Shown piece by piece: positions 19,605-29,283 of a stretch of DNA of 64,000 bases. Positions within the stretch are counted from its first letter, which is position 1. Each line of letters starts with the position of its first letter. The notes under the pieces were generated by a model. The model did no database searches and was not told the origin of the DNA. It saw only the letters and a list, made by a program, of their open reading frames with translations. The stretch comes from Acidobacteriota bacterium (GTDB lineage: Bacteria > Acidobacteriota > Thermoanaerobaculia > Thermoanaerobaculales > Sulfomarinibacteraceae), in NCBI GenBank assembly GCA_024641545.1, contig JAHECW010000004.1, positions 1,960 to 65,959 on the forward strand, read 5' to 3'. The position numbers and the translations under genes are program-made.

Positions 19605-20486
19605 ATGATGCTGACGATCGTCAATCCGGCAGCTGCCGGTGGGAGGCTGGGTCGCGAGTGGCCCCGTCTGGAACAGCGGCTCGGAATCACCGGGCTCGAA
19701 TCCGACGTCGTCTTCACCGAGGCGCCGGGCCATGCGTCGGAGCTCGCCTATCGAACCGTCGCCGCCGGTGCTGCGCGGGTTCTCGTCGCCGGTGGCGACG
19801 GCACGGTCTGCGAGGCCGCCGAAGGTCTCGCGGCATCGGGAGGCCGGTGCGAACTCGCGATCCTGCCCCTGGGCACCGGGAATGACGCGGCGCGGACCCT
19901 GGGGATCCCCCTCGATCTCGAGGCTGCGGCCGGCACCGCGCTCAACGGCGCGACGCGGTCGGTCGACCTGATCCGGGTCGGTGACCGGATGGTGCTCAAC
20001 GCCATCGGCATCGGGCTGACCGCCGACATCAACGAACGCGCCGCCCGGATCAAGTGGGTGCGCGGGATCGCCGTCTATCTCGGGACCGCAGCGGTGTCGC
20101 TGTTCAAGTTTCGGGCGCCGCGGGTGCGAATCGTGGTCGATGGCCGGATCATCGAAAGCACCATGACCATCCTCGCGGTCCACAACGGACCCACCACCGG
20201 CGGTGGCTTCGCCCTCACCCCGGATGCGGTGCCCGACGACGGGCTCCTCGACGTGACCCTGGTGCCGGATGTGCCGGTCTCCGGCAGGCTCAAGCGCCTC
20301 ATCGGGGCTCTCCGGGGGACCCTCCACACCATGGACGGCAGCATCGCCTTGCAGGCGAAGTCCCTCGAGCTTCACCACGACGAACCGCTCGCGGTCCACT
20401 TCGACGGCAACCAGGACCGCCTCGAAGGACCGGTGACGCGATTCGAGATCGTGCCCGAGGCGCTCAAGGTCGTCGTGCCGGGGTAG
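19605..20486 (+). CDS. diacylglycerol/lipid kinase family protein (YegS/BmrU-like)
   Basis: Motifs IVNPAAAGG, VAGGDGTVCEAA and LPLGTGNDAARTLGIP. 293 aa. Confidence 0.85.
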   Translation: MMLTIVNPAAAGGRLGREWPRLEQRLGITGLESDVVFTEAPGHASELAYRTVAAGAARVLVAGGDGTVCEAAEGLAASGGRCELAILPLGTGNDAARTLGIPLDLEAAAGTALNGATRSVDLIRVGDRMVLNAIGIGLTADINERAARIKWVRGIAVYLGTAAVSLFKFRAPRVRIVVDGRIIESTMTILAVHNGPTTGGGFALTPDAVPDDGLLDVTLVPDVPVSGRLKRLIGALRGTLHTMDGSIALQAKSLELHHDEPLAVHFDGNQDRLEGPVTRFEIVPEALKVVVPG

Positions 20487-20935
20487 GATTCAGGTCGCTG
20501 GTTCCAGGGCGCAGGTCGCAGGTTCCAAGATGCGGAACGCAATTCTTGAATCTGAAACACAAAAATTGGCAAGAGCCACGAAGGAACCACAAAGGGAATC
20601 ACTCTGGCCATCGCAATGACCAGGGAGTGGGGACGCAGTTCTGTCCAGCGGGGACCCGGGTCAATCCTGCGATGGCTGGTGAAACCTCCGTGGATCTTCG
20701 TGCACTTTGTGTTTCAAGCAAACTCCCGATGCTCTGAACACCGCTTAACGAAGTCGGTATTCGCTCAGGTCGGTCCGAATCCTGGTCTTCCCGTGTGAGC
20801 ACTTGACGCGATGCGATGGATGATCCTGACCTGTCATCTGCTGCCTGCATCGGGGCAACGAAACGGACTCGGAATGGCGTGCTGTCAACCCCGCGCGCTC
20901 CGGGGCGTCATATGCTTGTGTTGCGAGCCATCTCG

Positions 20936-21511
20936 ATGACGCCGACTCGATCCGATCTTTCACAGGATGACCGCGCCCTGGTACTGATGGCGCGCAACGG
21001 GGACCGTGACGCCTTTTCAGAGCTCGTCGGGCGGCACCAGCGCAGAGTCTGGATGGTGTGCCGGCAGTATGTCGGCGCCGATGAAGCCGATGCGGTGGCG
21101 CAGGACTCGCTGGTCAAGGCGTACACGAGTCTCGGCTCCTTCGACTCTCGGTCCGCATTCACCACCTGGCTCACCCGGATTGCCATCAACACCTGCCTCG
21201 ATGCGCTCAGGCGGGCCAGGCGGGAGGGCCTCCGGGTCATCGCAGCCGGCGCTGACGGTGCCGTCGCCGATGTCGTCGATGACGACATCGACCCGGAGAA
21301 ACGATCGATCCAGCGCCAGGCGGTGGATCGGCTCCGGGAGTGCGAGGCGAAGCTGCCCGAACGGCAACGCGAGATCTTTCGGCTGCGGTTCTACGCCGAG
21401 ATGGATCTGGACGAGATCGCCGCCGCCCTGTCGGTTCACGTCGGGACGGTCAAGACGCAGCTCCACCGCGCGGTGCATCGGCTGCGGAGAGAACTTGGAG
21501 ATGTACGATGA
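20936..21511 (+). CDS. ECF-type RNA polymerase sigma factor (sigma-70 family)
   Basis: Region 2 (DRDAFSELVGRHQRRVWMVCRQYVG...DSLVKAY...FTTWLTRIAINTCLD) and region 4 (LPERQREIFRLRFYAEMDLDEIAAALSVHVGTVKTQLHRA). Start is ATG 20936 or 20912. Confidence 0.85.
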   Translation: MTPTRSDLSQDDRALVLMARNGDRDAFSELVGRHQRRVWMVCRQYVGADEADAVAQDSLVKAYTSLGSFDSRSAFTTWLTRIAINTCLDALRRARREGLRVIAAGADGAVADVVDDDIDPEKRSIQRQAVDRLRECEAKLPERQREIFRLRFYAEMDLDEIAAALSVHVGTVKTQLHRAVHRLRRELGDVR

Positions 21512-21999
21512 AGAGCCATCTGACCTCCGAAGAGATCTCGGCGGCCGTCGCGGGCCTCGAGATCGACGCCCCGGCGAGGGATCACCTCGAGGGCTGTGTG
21601 GTCTGCCGTGCCGAGGCGGCTGATCTCGAGCGGCTGATCGCGATCCGCCGCCGAGAGCTGCGTACCGAGGCGCCCGACTGGGATGTCCAGACCCGGCAGA
21701 TCATGGATCGGCTGCCCGCCGCCGCGGGGAAGGATGCCCGGCGGCACCGGCGGTGGTTGCGACCGGTGCTGGCGCTGGCTGCAGTTCTGGTGCTGGCGGT
21801 GGGGCTGGGCATCTTGAGATCGGGCGGGTCGGCCGGTCCACCGGCGCCCGAGCCGTCGGTTGAGGACATCCTCGCCGAGATGGACGAGTTGCTGTCCGAC
21901 GACAGCATCCCCGGGTTCGAGATCATCGATCCATGGATCGATGATCATACGATGGACTTCGGGTACATCGAACCGACACCAAGTGAATCCGTCGGATGA
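21508..21999 (+). CDS. zinc-binding (zf-HC2) anti-sigma factor, single-pass membrane protein
   Basis: The ATG shares an ATGA overlap with the sigma stop. HxxxCxxC motif (HLEGCVVCRAE). One TM helix (WLRPVLALAAVLVLAVGLGIL). Confidence 0.75.
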   Translation: MKSHLTSEEISAAVAGLEIDAPARDHLEGCVVCRAEAADLERLIAIRRRELRTEAPDWDVQTRQIMDRLPAAAGKDARRHRRWLRPVLALAAVLVLAVGLGILRSGGSAGPPAPEPSVEDILAEMDELLSDDSIPGFEIIDPWIDDHTMDFGYIEPTPSESVG

Positions 22000-22178
22000 G
22001 ATGTGCCGATTCCTTGATGTTCTGGCGTCGGCCGGAAACGCAGGCATGCCCTGAGGCCTGTCAAGGCTTTTGGCCGGCGTCAGGGCGCGAGGACTCGGCG
22101 CAGATCGCCGGCGAGATTTGCCTGGTGTCGGTTCAACACAAACGGCGCCTCCTGAGCGGGGGCATTCGGGAGGAACGC

Positions 22179-22679
22179 ATGAAACGAATGATCATGACCG
22201 TGGTGCTGGCGGCGGCAGCCGCCGCTGCAGGAGCGGCGGATTTCGATTTGCCGCACGGCAAGTGGTGGGAGAACGAACGCGTGGTCCAGCGGATCGGGCT
22301 CACCGAGAAGCAACAGCGGGCGATCAGCGATCTGGTCTATCGGCACGCGCTCGAGATGATCGATCTCAACGCCGGGCTCAGGAAGGCGGAGGTCGAACTC
22401 GGCGCTCTCGTCGATCGCGACGAATTCGACCCCGCCGCGGTTCGCAGATCGTTTGGTTCCTTTCAGGCGGCAAAGCAGAAGCTCGAAAATGAACGCTTCG
22501 AGATGCTCCTCGCGGTCCGTGCCGAGCTCACCGCCGCGCAGTGGCGGAGCCTGCTCGAAATCCGCCGCCATCTCGAACAGATGCGGGAAAACCGGCGACC
22601 CGGCGATGGAGCGCCGGGTGGGGCGCGGCCGCCCCAGAACGGAGAGCGCCGGCAGCCTCCGGGCGGGGAGTTCCGGTAG
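22179..22679 (+). CDS. periplasmic Spy/CpxP-like (LTxxQ-motif) stress protein
   Basis: ATG 22179 follows GGGAGGA. Signal peptide MKRMIMTVVLAAAAAAAGA. GLTEKQQRAI and LTAAQWRSL repeats in a helical protein, downstream of the sigma/anti-sigma pair. Confidence 0.65.
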   Translation: MKRMIMTVVLAAAAAAAGAADFDLPHGKWWENERVVQRIGLTEKQQRAISDLVYRHALEMIDLNAGLRKAEVELGALVDRDEFDPAAVRRSFGSFQAAKQKLENERFEMLLAVRAELTAAQWRSLLEIRRHLEQMRENRRPGDGAPGGARPPQNGERRQPPGGEFR

Positions 22680-22705
22680 GGCCGACCGACAAACGGGAAG
22701 CACAA

Positions 22706-22732
22706 CAGCGGGCCGGACGGCCCGCTGATTTT
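22706..22732 (+). terminator. rho-independent terminator
   Basis: Perfect 9-bp stem CAGCGGGCC / GGCCCGCTG with loop GGAC, followed by ATTTTA. Lies 27 nt after the stop at 22679. Confidence 0.8.
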
Positions 22733-22958
22733 AAAACGGCATCGTGCCGGTCCCTGGCCGAATCGGAACGAAAGCGGGGGCCTTGAGAGAACGAATCAAC
22801 AGCCTGCAACGGACCTGCCGTCGCAAACGATCTTGGGAACCACTTTCCACCCGGCGGACAACGCGTTTCGGGGCCAAACATCGTTTGAGGGGGCACTCGC
22901 GGGCCACAACGAAGAGAAAATCTCGTCGGAACAGCGTTGTGGAGACGGATTCTTGACG

Positions 22959-22987
22959 TTGACAGACGACCGCGAATGGGCTATAAC
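22959..22987 (+). promoter_or_regulatory. sigma-70-type promoter of the rplU-rpmA operon
   Basis: TTGACA (22959-22964), a 17-nt spacer, then TATAAC (22982-22987). The rplU ATG is 29 nt downstream and is preceded by GGGAGAGG. Confidence 0.7.
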
Positions 22988-23015
22988 AAGCGCCCTTGTG
23001 TGGGAGAGGTGTGTT

Positions 23016-23339
23016 ATGACCGACTATGCAGTTGTAGAACACGGCGGAAAGCAATACCGGGTCAGCCCCGGTGATGAGCTTCTGGTCGAGCGGACGGTGC
23101 CCGACCTCAAGGCCGGTGATGAGCTTCGCTTCGATCGGGTGATGATGGTCAGCCAGAGCGACGAGGTCACCCTCGGCAAGCCGATCGTTGACGGCGTCTC
23201 GGTCCTCAGCCAGGTCGTGGGACCCGAGCGCGGGAAGAAGATCATCATTTTCAAAAAGAAGAAGCGCAAGGGATACAAGCGGACGAATGGTCATCGCCAG
23301 GACTACTACCGGGTCCGGGTCGAAGCCATCGAGGCCTAG
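23016..23339 (+). CDS. rplU: 50S ribosomal protein L21
   Basis: [20 protein letters not shown]...[23 protein letters not shown] is canonical L21. Confidence 0.97.
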   Translation: MTDYAVVEHGGKQYRVSPGDELLVERTVPDLKAGDELRFDRVMMVSQSDEVTLGKPIVDGVSVLSQVVGPERGKKIIIFKKKKRKGYKRTNGHRQDYYRVRVEAIEA

Positions 23340-23347
23340 GAGGAGTC

Positions 23348-23602
23348 ATGGCTCATAAAAAAGGACAAGGATCGAGCCGTAACGGGCGGGATTCCAACGC
23401 CCAACGCCTCGGCACCAAGGTCGGTGACGGCCAGACGGTGACCTCCGGGTCGATTCTGGTGCGGCAGCGCGGGACCCGGTTCAAGCCGGGCGTCAACGTC
23501 ATGCGCGGCAACGATGACACCCTGTTCGCCACCGCCGAAGGGGTCGTCAAGTTTCGCGACCGCGGACGGCTCGGCCGTTTCATCAACGTGGTGACCAACT
23601 GA
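23348..23602 (+). CDS. rpmA: 50S ribosomal protein L27
   Basis: [25 protein letters not shown]...[15 protein letters not shown] is canonical L27. Confidence 0.97.
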   Translation: MAHKKGQGSSRNGRDSNAQRLGTKVGDGQTVTSGSILVRQRGTRFKPGVNVMRGNDDTLFATAEGVVKFRDRGRLGRFINVVTN

Positions 23603-23636
23603 ACGATCTTCCTGTGGGCGGGTGCGGACAGAACGG

Positions 23637-23669
23637 AGCGCGGCGGCTCGGCACGAGCGCCGCGCTTTT
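23637..23669 (+). terminator. rho-independent terminator/attenuator between rpmA and obg
   Basis: 9-bp stem AGCGCGGCG / CGCCGCGCT with a 12-nt loop, followed by TTTT. Confidence 0.65.
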
Positions 23670-23682
23670 GTGTCGATGAACC

Positions 23683-24696
23683 ATGCTGATTGACCAGGCG
23701 AGAATCACCGTTTGGGCGGGTAACGGCGGGAACGGCTGCGTTTCCTTCCGGCGTGAGAAGTTTGTCCCCAGGGGCGGCCCCAACGGCGGCGACGGCGGTC
23801 GCGGCGGCGATGTGGTGCTCCGGGTCGAGCGGAATCTGAACACGCTGCTCCACATCCACAACCGACGGCTCATCCGGGCCGAAAACGGCCATCACGGGAT
23901 GGGATCCAACAAGACCGGCGCCGGTGCCTCCGCCATGGTCATCAGGGTGCCGCCCGGGACCATCGTTCGAGATTTTGAAACCGGTGAGGTCCTCGGCGAT
24001 CTGCTCGAGGACGGCGACGAGCTCGTGGTCGCCGGCGGTGGCCGCGGCGGTCGCGGTAACGCTCGTTTCTCGAGCCCCACCAACCGGGCGCCCCGCACCG
24101 CCGAAGAGGGCGTCCCGGGCGAGAAGAGGGAGCTCGAGCTCGAGCTCAAGCTGCTCGCTGATGTCGGATTGGTCGGACTGCCCAACGCCGGCAAGTCGAC
24201 CCTCCTCGCGCGCCTGTCGGCGGCGCGGCCGAAGGTTGCGGAGTACCCCTTTACGACGCTGGAGCCTCATCTGGGTGTGGTTCAGGCGCCCGACGACGAC
24301 TACCGGACCTTGGTGATGGCCGACATCCCTGGACTCATCGAGGGAGCTCACCAGGGCGCCGGGCTCGGCGTCCAGTTCCTTCGTCATGTCGAGCGTTGCC
24401 GAGTCCTGGCCCACCTGGTGGATCTCTCTTCCGAGGATTCCGTCGCCGACCGGGTCGACACCATCCGAGGCGAGCTCGCGGCCTTCGCAACACCGCTCGA
24501 CGGCCGGCCGTGGGTCCTCGTCGGAACCAAGGTCGAAGCGGTGGCCGAGCGGACCGCGAGCGAGGCCGAGCTCAACCGGGTGGCAGCTGAATACGAGGTT
24601 CCTGCTTTGACCATCTCGGCGGTGACCGGGGACGGATTGCGCCGCCTCCTCGGCCTGCTCTTCAAGCTGGTGTCGGAAAACCAGGAGATCACATGA
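23683..24696 (+). CDS. obg: GTPase ObgE/CgtA
   Basis: Obg fold with a Gly-rich N-terminus (GNGGNGCVSFRREKFVPRGGPNGGDGGRGGDV). G1 motif GLPNAGKST and G3 motif DIPGLIEGA. Confidence 0.95.
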   Translation: MLIDQARITVWAGNGGNGCVSFRREKFVPRGGPNGGDGGRGGDVVLRVERNLNTLLHIHNRRLIRAENGHHGMGSNKTGAGASAMVIRVPPGTIVRDFETGEVLGDLLEDGDELVVAGGGRGGRGNARFSSPTNRAPRTAEEGVPGEKRELELELKLLADVGLVGLPNAGKSTLLARLSAARPKVAEYPFTTLEPHLGVVQAPDDDYRTLVMADIPGLIEGAHQGAGLGVQFLRHVERCRVLAHLVDLSSEDSVADRVDTIRGELAAFATPLDGRPWVLVGTKVEAVAERTASEAELNRVAAEYEVPALTISAVTGDGLRRLLGLLFKLVSENQEIT

Positions 24697-25355
24697 CGCA
24701 ACGAATCGCGGTGTACGGGGGCAGTTTCGACCCCTTCCACACCGGCCATCTGGTCCCGACGGTACGAGCCCAGGAGACCTTCAAGTTCGACGCGGTCCAT
24801 TTCGTACCGGCGGGGAATCCGCCGCACAAACAGGATGAGCCGCTGACCCCCATCACCCACCGGCTCTCCATGGTGGCGCTGGCGACCCTGCCCTACGAGC
24901 GCTTCTTCGCCTCCGATGACGAGGTCTTTGTCAAAGGGCCGACCTACACGGTAGCGACCGTCAGACGCTATCGCGAACGGTTTCCCCGGGCGCTGCTCTA
25001 TTTTCTCCTCGGCTCGGACTCGTTCTCGCAGATCGCAACCTGGGAGAGCTGGAGAGAGCTTGTGAATCTCGCCCACCTGGTCGTCCTCCACCGCGCCCAC
25101 ATTTGGGGTCCGGAGCTCCGACAGCGGGTGCCGGAGGAGCTCCGGTCTCGGCTCGTCGATGTCGAGCCCTTCGCCGATGTGCCCGACCCCACCGGACAGA
25201 CCGTCTACCTGCTCAACCACGATCCCTTCCCGGTTTCGGCAACCGATGTGCGGCAGCGCCAACGCCAGGGTTTTCCCATCAGGGAGTTGGTCCCGCACGA
25301 GGTCAACTCGTATATCGAGAAGTACCGGCTCTACCGGACCGACGACGAAAGCTGA
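24693..25355 (+). CDS. nadD: nicotinate-nucleotide adenylyltransferase
   Basis: GGSFDPFHTGH motif. 4-nt overlap with obg. 220 aa. Confidence 0.9.
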   Translation: MTQRIAVYGGSFDPFHTGHLVPTVRAQETFKFDAVHFVPAGNPPHKQDEPLTPITHRLSMVALATLPYERFFASDDEVFVKGPTYTVATVRRYRERFPRALLYFLLGSDSFSQIATWESWRELVNLAHLVVLHRAHIWGPELRQRVPEELRSRLVDVEPFADVPDPTGQTVYLLNHDPFPVSATDVRQRQRQGFPIRELVPHEVNSYIEKYRLYRTDDES

Positions 25356-25364
25356 AGGAGCACC

Positions 25365-25754
25365 ATGCTGGACGCTGACACCCTTTCCAAGATCGGGATT
25401 GCCGCCCGGGCGGCAACGGACAAGAAGGCCTTCGACCTGGTGGCGCTCGAGGTGCGCGAACTCACGTCCTACACCGACAGCTTCCTGCTCTGCTCGGCGG
25501 CAAGCGAACGCCAGGTCGGGGCGGTTTCCGACGCGATCGTGCGCCAGCTCAAGAACGCCGGTTCCAGACCGCTCCACAAGGAAGGCGCAGGCCGAAGTGA
25601 TTGGGTGCTCCTCGATTTCGGCGACATCGTTGTCCACGTCTTTACCGAAGACCGCAGGGCCTACTATGGACTCGACAGCCTCTGGGGCGATGCTCCGAAG
25701 CTCGACGAGGCCGCGCTGGGGATCGGCGCGCCGGCGACTTCCGCCGACCGGTGA
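25365..25754 (+). CDS. rsfS: ribosome silencing factor RsfS
   Basis: Contains DSFLLCSAASERQV and WVLLDFGDIVVHVF. The conserved nadD-rsfS-rlmH gene order is present. Confidence 0.9.
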   Translation: MLDADTLSKIGIAARAATDKKAFDLVALEVRELTSYTDSFLLCSAASERQVGAVSDAIVRQLKNAGSRPLHKEGAGRSDWVLLDFGDIVVHVFTEDRRAYYGLDSLWGDAPKLDEAALGIGAPATSADR

Positions 25755-26236
25755 AGACCCGGGTTCTGTGGTTCGGCCGTCGCGGCGCCGGCGGGTTCGA
25801 CAGCCAGGTGGAGACCTATCGTCGGCGGGTTCAGCAGCGTTGGCCGGCCGAGGACCGGGTCCTGAGACCGGTTTCCGGCGGCCGCGATGACGATCCGCAC
25901 AAGGTCCTTCGCGAGGAAGCGAGGCTGATCGACCGGGCGCTCGAACCGGGATGGAGGCTTGTCGTCCTCGACGAAGCGGGCCGGCGACTGACGAGTGAGG
26001 GATTCGCCCGGTTGCTGCGGGACTCCGAGGAACGATCGACGCCGGGTCTCGATTTCGTCATCGGCAGCGATCTCGGTATCGACCGCGAGTTTTCCGATCG
26101 GGCGAACGTGAAACTGTCTTTGAGCCCGATGACCCTCCCGCATCAGATCGCTCGGCTGGTGCTCTGGGAGCAGCTCTTTCGAGCGACTCACATTCTCGGC
26201 GGCGGCGGATACCATCGGTCCGACGTGAGCGGGTGA
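25751..26236 (+). CDS. rlmH: 23S rRNA (pseudouridine1915-N3)-methyltransferase RlmH
   Basis: GTG 25751 overlaps the rsfS stop. SPOUT-type C-terminus (FVIGSDLGI...LSLSPMTLPHQIARLVLWEQLFRA). Confidence 0.85.
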   Translation: MKTRVLWFGRRGAGGFDSQVETYRRRVQQRWPAEDRVLRPVSGGRDDDPHKVLREEARLIDRALEPGWRLVVLDEAGRRLTSEGFARLLRDSEERSTPGLDFVIGSDLGIDREFSDRANVKLSLSPMTLPHQIARLVLWEQLFRATHILGGGGYHRSDVSG

Positions 26237-26338
26237 GGTCGGATACCGCGGCCGTTTGCGGATGACCGACCATGCAGGGCGTGTGACATTGGGTAGAATG
26301 TGGGATGATCTCTCAGGAGATCCTTGGAGGCAGACCGA

Positions 26339-26692
26339 ATGAACAGCAAACAGGCCGGGAAATACCGAAAGCTGCTGGAGGCGAAACGGGCTGAGCTGCT
26401 CACCCGCGTCCAGGCGGCGCGTACGAGCGAACAAGAGGGCCCGTCGGAGCTTGCTCCGGATCTCAGCGACCGTGCGACGTCGACGATGAACCGCGACCTG
26501 AGCTATCAACTGACAACCGGTGAACGCGAGATGCTCAAACGCGTCGATGCCGCCCTCGACCGGATCGAGGCGGGGACCTACGGCGAATGCGTGAATTGCA
26601 GCAAGAAGGTCCAGGTGGGAAGACTGGACGCCGTTCCTTGGGCGCGGCACTGCATCGATTGCCAGGAGCTCCAGGATCTCGGACAACTCTGA
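26339..26692 (+). CDS. DksA/TraR-family C4 zinc-finger protein
   Basis: ATG 26339 follows GGAGG. Coiled-coil N-terminus and CxxC...CxxC (CVNCSKKVQVGRLDAVPWARHCIDCQ). Confidence 0.85.
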   Translation: MNSKQAGKYRKLLEAKRAELLTRVQAARTSEQEGPSELAPDLSDRATSTMNRDLSYQLTTGEREMLKRVDAALDRIEAGTYGECVNCSKKVQVGRLDAVPWARHCIDCQELQDLGQL

Positions 26693-26708
26693 TTCGCATC
26701 TCATCCCC

Positions 26709-27887
26709 ATGTCGCTCATCCGTCTGATCGCAGCCAGCGACGACTTTCTCCTCGAAGAACGGCTGGCCGCTGAGGTGTCGAGCGTCTGCCGCGAGCTCGG
26801 CGGGGTCGAACCCGAGGTCGTCTCCGATGAAGCGACCCCCGAGTCGGTTGCCATGGAGCTGGTCTCGCCGTCCCTCTTCGCCGCTCAGCGGGTATTGGTG
26901 GTTACGGACGCCCGTGAATGGCTGGCCGCCGCGGCGCCGCCGGGGATCAAGGCGGCCAAGGCGGCGGCGCCGGACATTCAACCCCTGGTCCACGTCCTCG
27001 GTGAGGGCCTGCCGGACGGGATGGCTCTGGTGATGGGCGCATGGTGCGGCCGCAAACCCACCGGTGAGCTCGTCGAGGCCATCGAAAAGGCCGGGACCTT
27101 CGACTGGATTCCACTCCCCCCGCCGCCGAAACCGTGGGAGGATGCGGTCCTCTCGAGCGAGCAGCGGGAGGTCCTGGAGGCGGTCCTTGTCAAGGCCGCC
27201 AACGACGTGACCTTCAGCCCGGGAGCGACCCGGCTGCTGCTCGAACGCCTCGGCTTCGCCCCACGCCTGCTGGTTCAGGAAGTCGGCAAGCTGGCCGGCG
27301 CCGCCGGCGATGGACAGGTCGATGAAGCGCTGGTTCGGCAACTCACCTTTCCCCGAGAGCGATCCGTCGAGGTGGTGCGGGATGCGGTCCTCACGCGCGA
27401 GCTCGAACCCCTGCTCGATCTGGTTGCCGCGGCCGATTCGGGGGCGCCGATCAACGACTGGCAGGGACAGCGGCTCGACGCCGGAGGCTTCGGGGCGATC
27501 CTCTTCGGTCTGGTGACGAACCTCCTGCTCCAAATGCTCTACCTCCGCCGGGCGGCAGCCGCCGCCGACCTCGAAGCCGAGATGGAACCCAAACAGACCG
27601 GACGCGGCGGTTGGTACTCGCGACGCTTCAAGAACGGCATCGCCCCGGGTCTTGTCGCCCGCTGCAAGGACGACGCACCGTCTCCGTTGCTCCGCCCCGG
27701 TGGCAAGCCGCCGACGCCCTTCTCCCTCGGCGCGCTGTTCTCCGGCGCCGGGCGGTACACCGACGCCGAGCTGACGACCGCCCTCGCCGAGGCTTCGAAG
27801 GTGGAGACGCGGATCCGCCAGGAGCCTTTCCCGCTCGAGGCGTTGACCGTGTGGCTTTCGGGCTTCATCGGCGCCGGTCCGCGGTAG
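26709..27887 (+). CDS. holA: probable DNA polymerase III delta subunit (HolA-like)
   Basis: Size and N-terminal pattern fit (LIAASDDFLLEERL...ELVSPSLFAAQRVLVV). This is by-eye similarity only. Confidence 0.45.
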   Translation: MSLIRLIAASDDFLLEERLAAEVSSVCRELGGVEPEVVSDEATPESVAMELVSPSLFAAQRVLVVTDAREWLAAAAPPGIKAAKAAAPDIQPLVHVLGEGLPDGMALVMGAWCGRKPTGELVEAIEKAGTFDWIPLPPPPKPWEDAVLSSEQREVLEAVLVKAANDVTFSPGATRLLLERLGFAPRLLVQEVGKLAGAAGDGQVDEALVRQLTFPRERSVEVVRDAVLTRELEPLLDLVAAADSGAPINDWQGQRLDAGGFGAILFGLVTNLLLQMLYLRRAAAAADLEAEMEPKQTGRGGWYSRRFKNGIAPGLVARCKDDAPSPLLRPGGKPPTPFSLGALFSGAGRYTDAELTTALAEASKVETRIRQEPFPLEALTVWLSGFIGAGPR

Positions 27888-27899
27888 ACTGGGAGGACG

Positions 27900-29276
27900 A
27901 TGGGAAAATCTTTCGTGGTTTGGGTGGTCGATGACGAGCCGGCGATTCGCGAACTGCTCAATGTCATCGTCACATCGGCGGGTTACGAGGTGGAGGTGTT
28001 TTCCGGCGGCGCCGAGGTCCTGGCCTGCGCCGACCCCGTACCGGGCGCCGTGCTCCTCGATCTCATGATGCCCGAGGTCGACGGAGTCGCCGTTCTCAAG
28101 GAACTCAAGCGCCGCCACCCGAGTCTGCCCGTGATCGTTCTCACCGCGGTGAATGAGATCAGCCGGGCGGTGGAGGTGACCAAGCTCGGCGCCTATGACT
28201 ATCTCGTCAAGCCCATCGATCAGGAACGCCTCAAGACCACCCTCCACCGGGCTCTTTCCCACGCCAGCCTCACCGAGGAGGTGGTGCGGCTCAAGTCGGA
28301 GCTCGGCGAGCGTTTCCACCTGAAGAACATCATCGGTTCTTCGGCCGCCATGCGCCGGGTCTACGCCCAGATCGAGAAGGTCGCGAATTCGGACATCACC
28401 GTCTTTATCTCCGGCGAGAGCGGAACCGGGAAGGAACTCGTCGCCAAGGCCATCCACTACGGATCGCTGCGCTCCGACCGGCCCTTCATCGATGTCAACT
28501 GCGCCGCCATCCCCGAGGGGCTGCAGGAATCGGAGCTCTTCGGTCACGAGAAGGGCGCCTTCACCGGCGCGCTGGCGACCCACCCAGGGAAGTTCGAGCA
28601 GGCGGCCGGCGGCACGATCTTCCTCGACGAGGTCGGCGAGATGTCGGGATCGGCCCAGGCGCGGCTCCTGCGCGTGCTTCAGGAGCGCTGTCTGCAGCGG
28701 GTCGGCGGCACCAAGACCATCAACCTCGATGTCCGTGTCATCTCGGCGTCAAACCGCGACCTCGAGTCGATGGTGGCGGATGGCAGTTTTCGGCAGGACC
28801 TCTTCTACCGGCTGGTGGTCTTCCCCATCGAGTTGCCGCCCCTACGTCAGCGAGCGGAGGACATCCCGCTGCTGGTCGAGCACTTCATCGGAAAATACGC
28901 CCGAGATGCGGCCGCGGGTGTGACCGGAATTCAACCGGGCGCGATGGAAGCGCTCAGGGATCACACCTGGCCCGGCAACGTCCGCGAACTGGAAAACGTC
29001 ATCCATCGTTCGCTGCTCCTCGCCGACGGGCCGGCGATCGGGATCGACGATCTCCCGGTCGGACTCGGGTCCGGTGCGGACTCTCCGGGGTCCGAGTCCG
29101 CAGCGCCGATCTCCGTCGCCATGAGCCTGGATGAGCTCGAGAAAGCGGCCATCGAAAAGGCCCTCAAGCGCCACGGCGGCAACCTCTCGGATGTTGCGCG
29201 CCAGCTCGGGATCGGTCGCTCGACGCTGTATCGCAAGCTCGAGCAGTACGGCTTCAAGAACAAGAAAGACGACTGA
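27900..29276 (+). CDS. sigma-54-dependent response regulator (NtrC family)
   Basis: Receiver domain ([11 protein letters not shown]...[11 protein letters not shown]), AAA+ domain ([24 protein letters not shown]) and a C-terminal Fis-type HTH ([17 protein letters not shown]). Confidence 0.92.
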   Translation: MGKSFVVWVVDDEPAIRELLNVIVTSAGYEVEVFSGGAEVLACADPVPGAVLLDLMMPEVDGVAVLKELKRRHPSLPVIVLTAVNEISRAVEVTKLGAYDYLVKPIDQERLKTTLHRALSHASLTEEVVRLKSELGERFHLKNIIGSSAAMRRVYAQIEKVANSDITVFISGESGTGKELVAKAIHYGSLRSDRPFIDVNCAAIPEGLQESELFGHEKGAFTGALATHPGKFEQAAGGTIFLDEVGEMSGSAQARLLRVLQERCLQRVGGTKTINLDVRVISASNRDLESMVADGSFRQDLFYRLVVFPIELPPLRQRAEDIPLLVEHFIGKYARDAAAGVTGIQPGAMEALRDHTWPGNVRELENVIHRSLLLADGPAIGIDDLPVGLGSGADSPGSESAAPISVAMSLDELEKAAIEKALKRHGGNLSDVARQLGIGRSTLYRKLEQYGFKNKKDD

Positions 29277-29283
29277 CGGGTTC

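Noticed and set aside
19434-20399. N-terminal 322-codon extension of the PiT ORF (track gives 17136-20399)
   Set aside because: The extension is antisense to the lipid kinase gene and is R/G/P-rich. A canonical PiT N-terminus begins at the internal ATG 19433.
20492-20527. Possible CRISPR-like or tandem array (15-nt unit, 21-nt period)
   Set aside because: There are only two copies, the units are far too short, and there are no spacers or cas genes. It is treated as part of the intergenic motif network.
22740-22950. Possible ncRNA (6S, SRP, RNase P or tmRNA) in the 210-bp gap upstream of the rplU promoter
   Set aside because: I found no conserved signature of these RNAs (for example GAGGAAAGTCC for RNase P, or the SRP domain IV motif). 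The stretch is reported only as one of the motif-sharing islands.
26535-28583. 682-aa minus-strand ORF
   Set aside because: It is antisense to the dksA-like, holA-like and NtrC-type genes and has artefactual composition.
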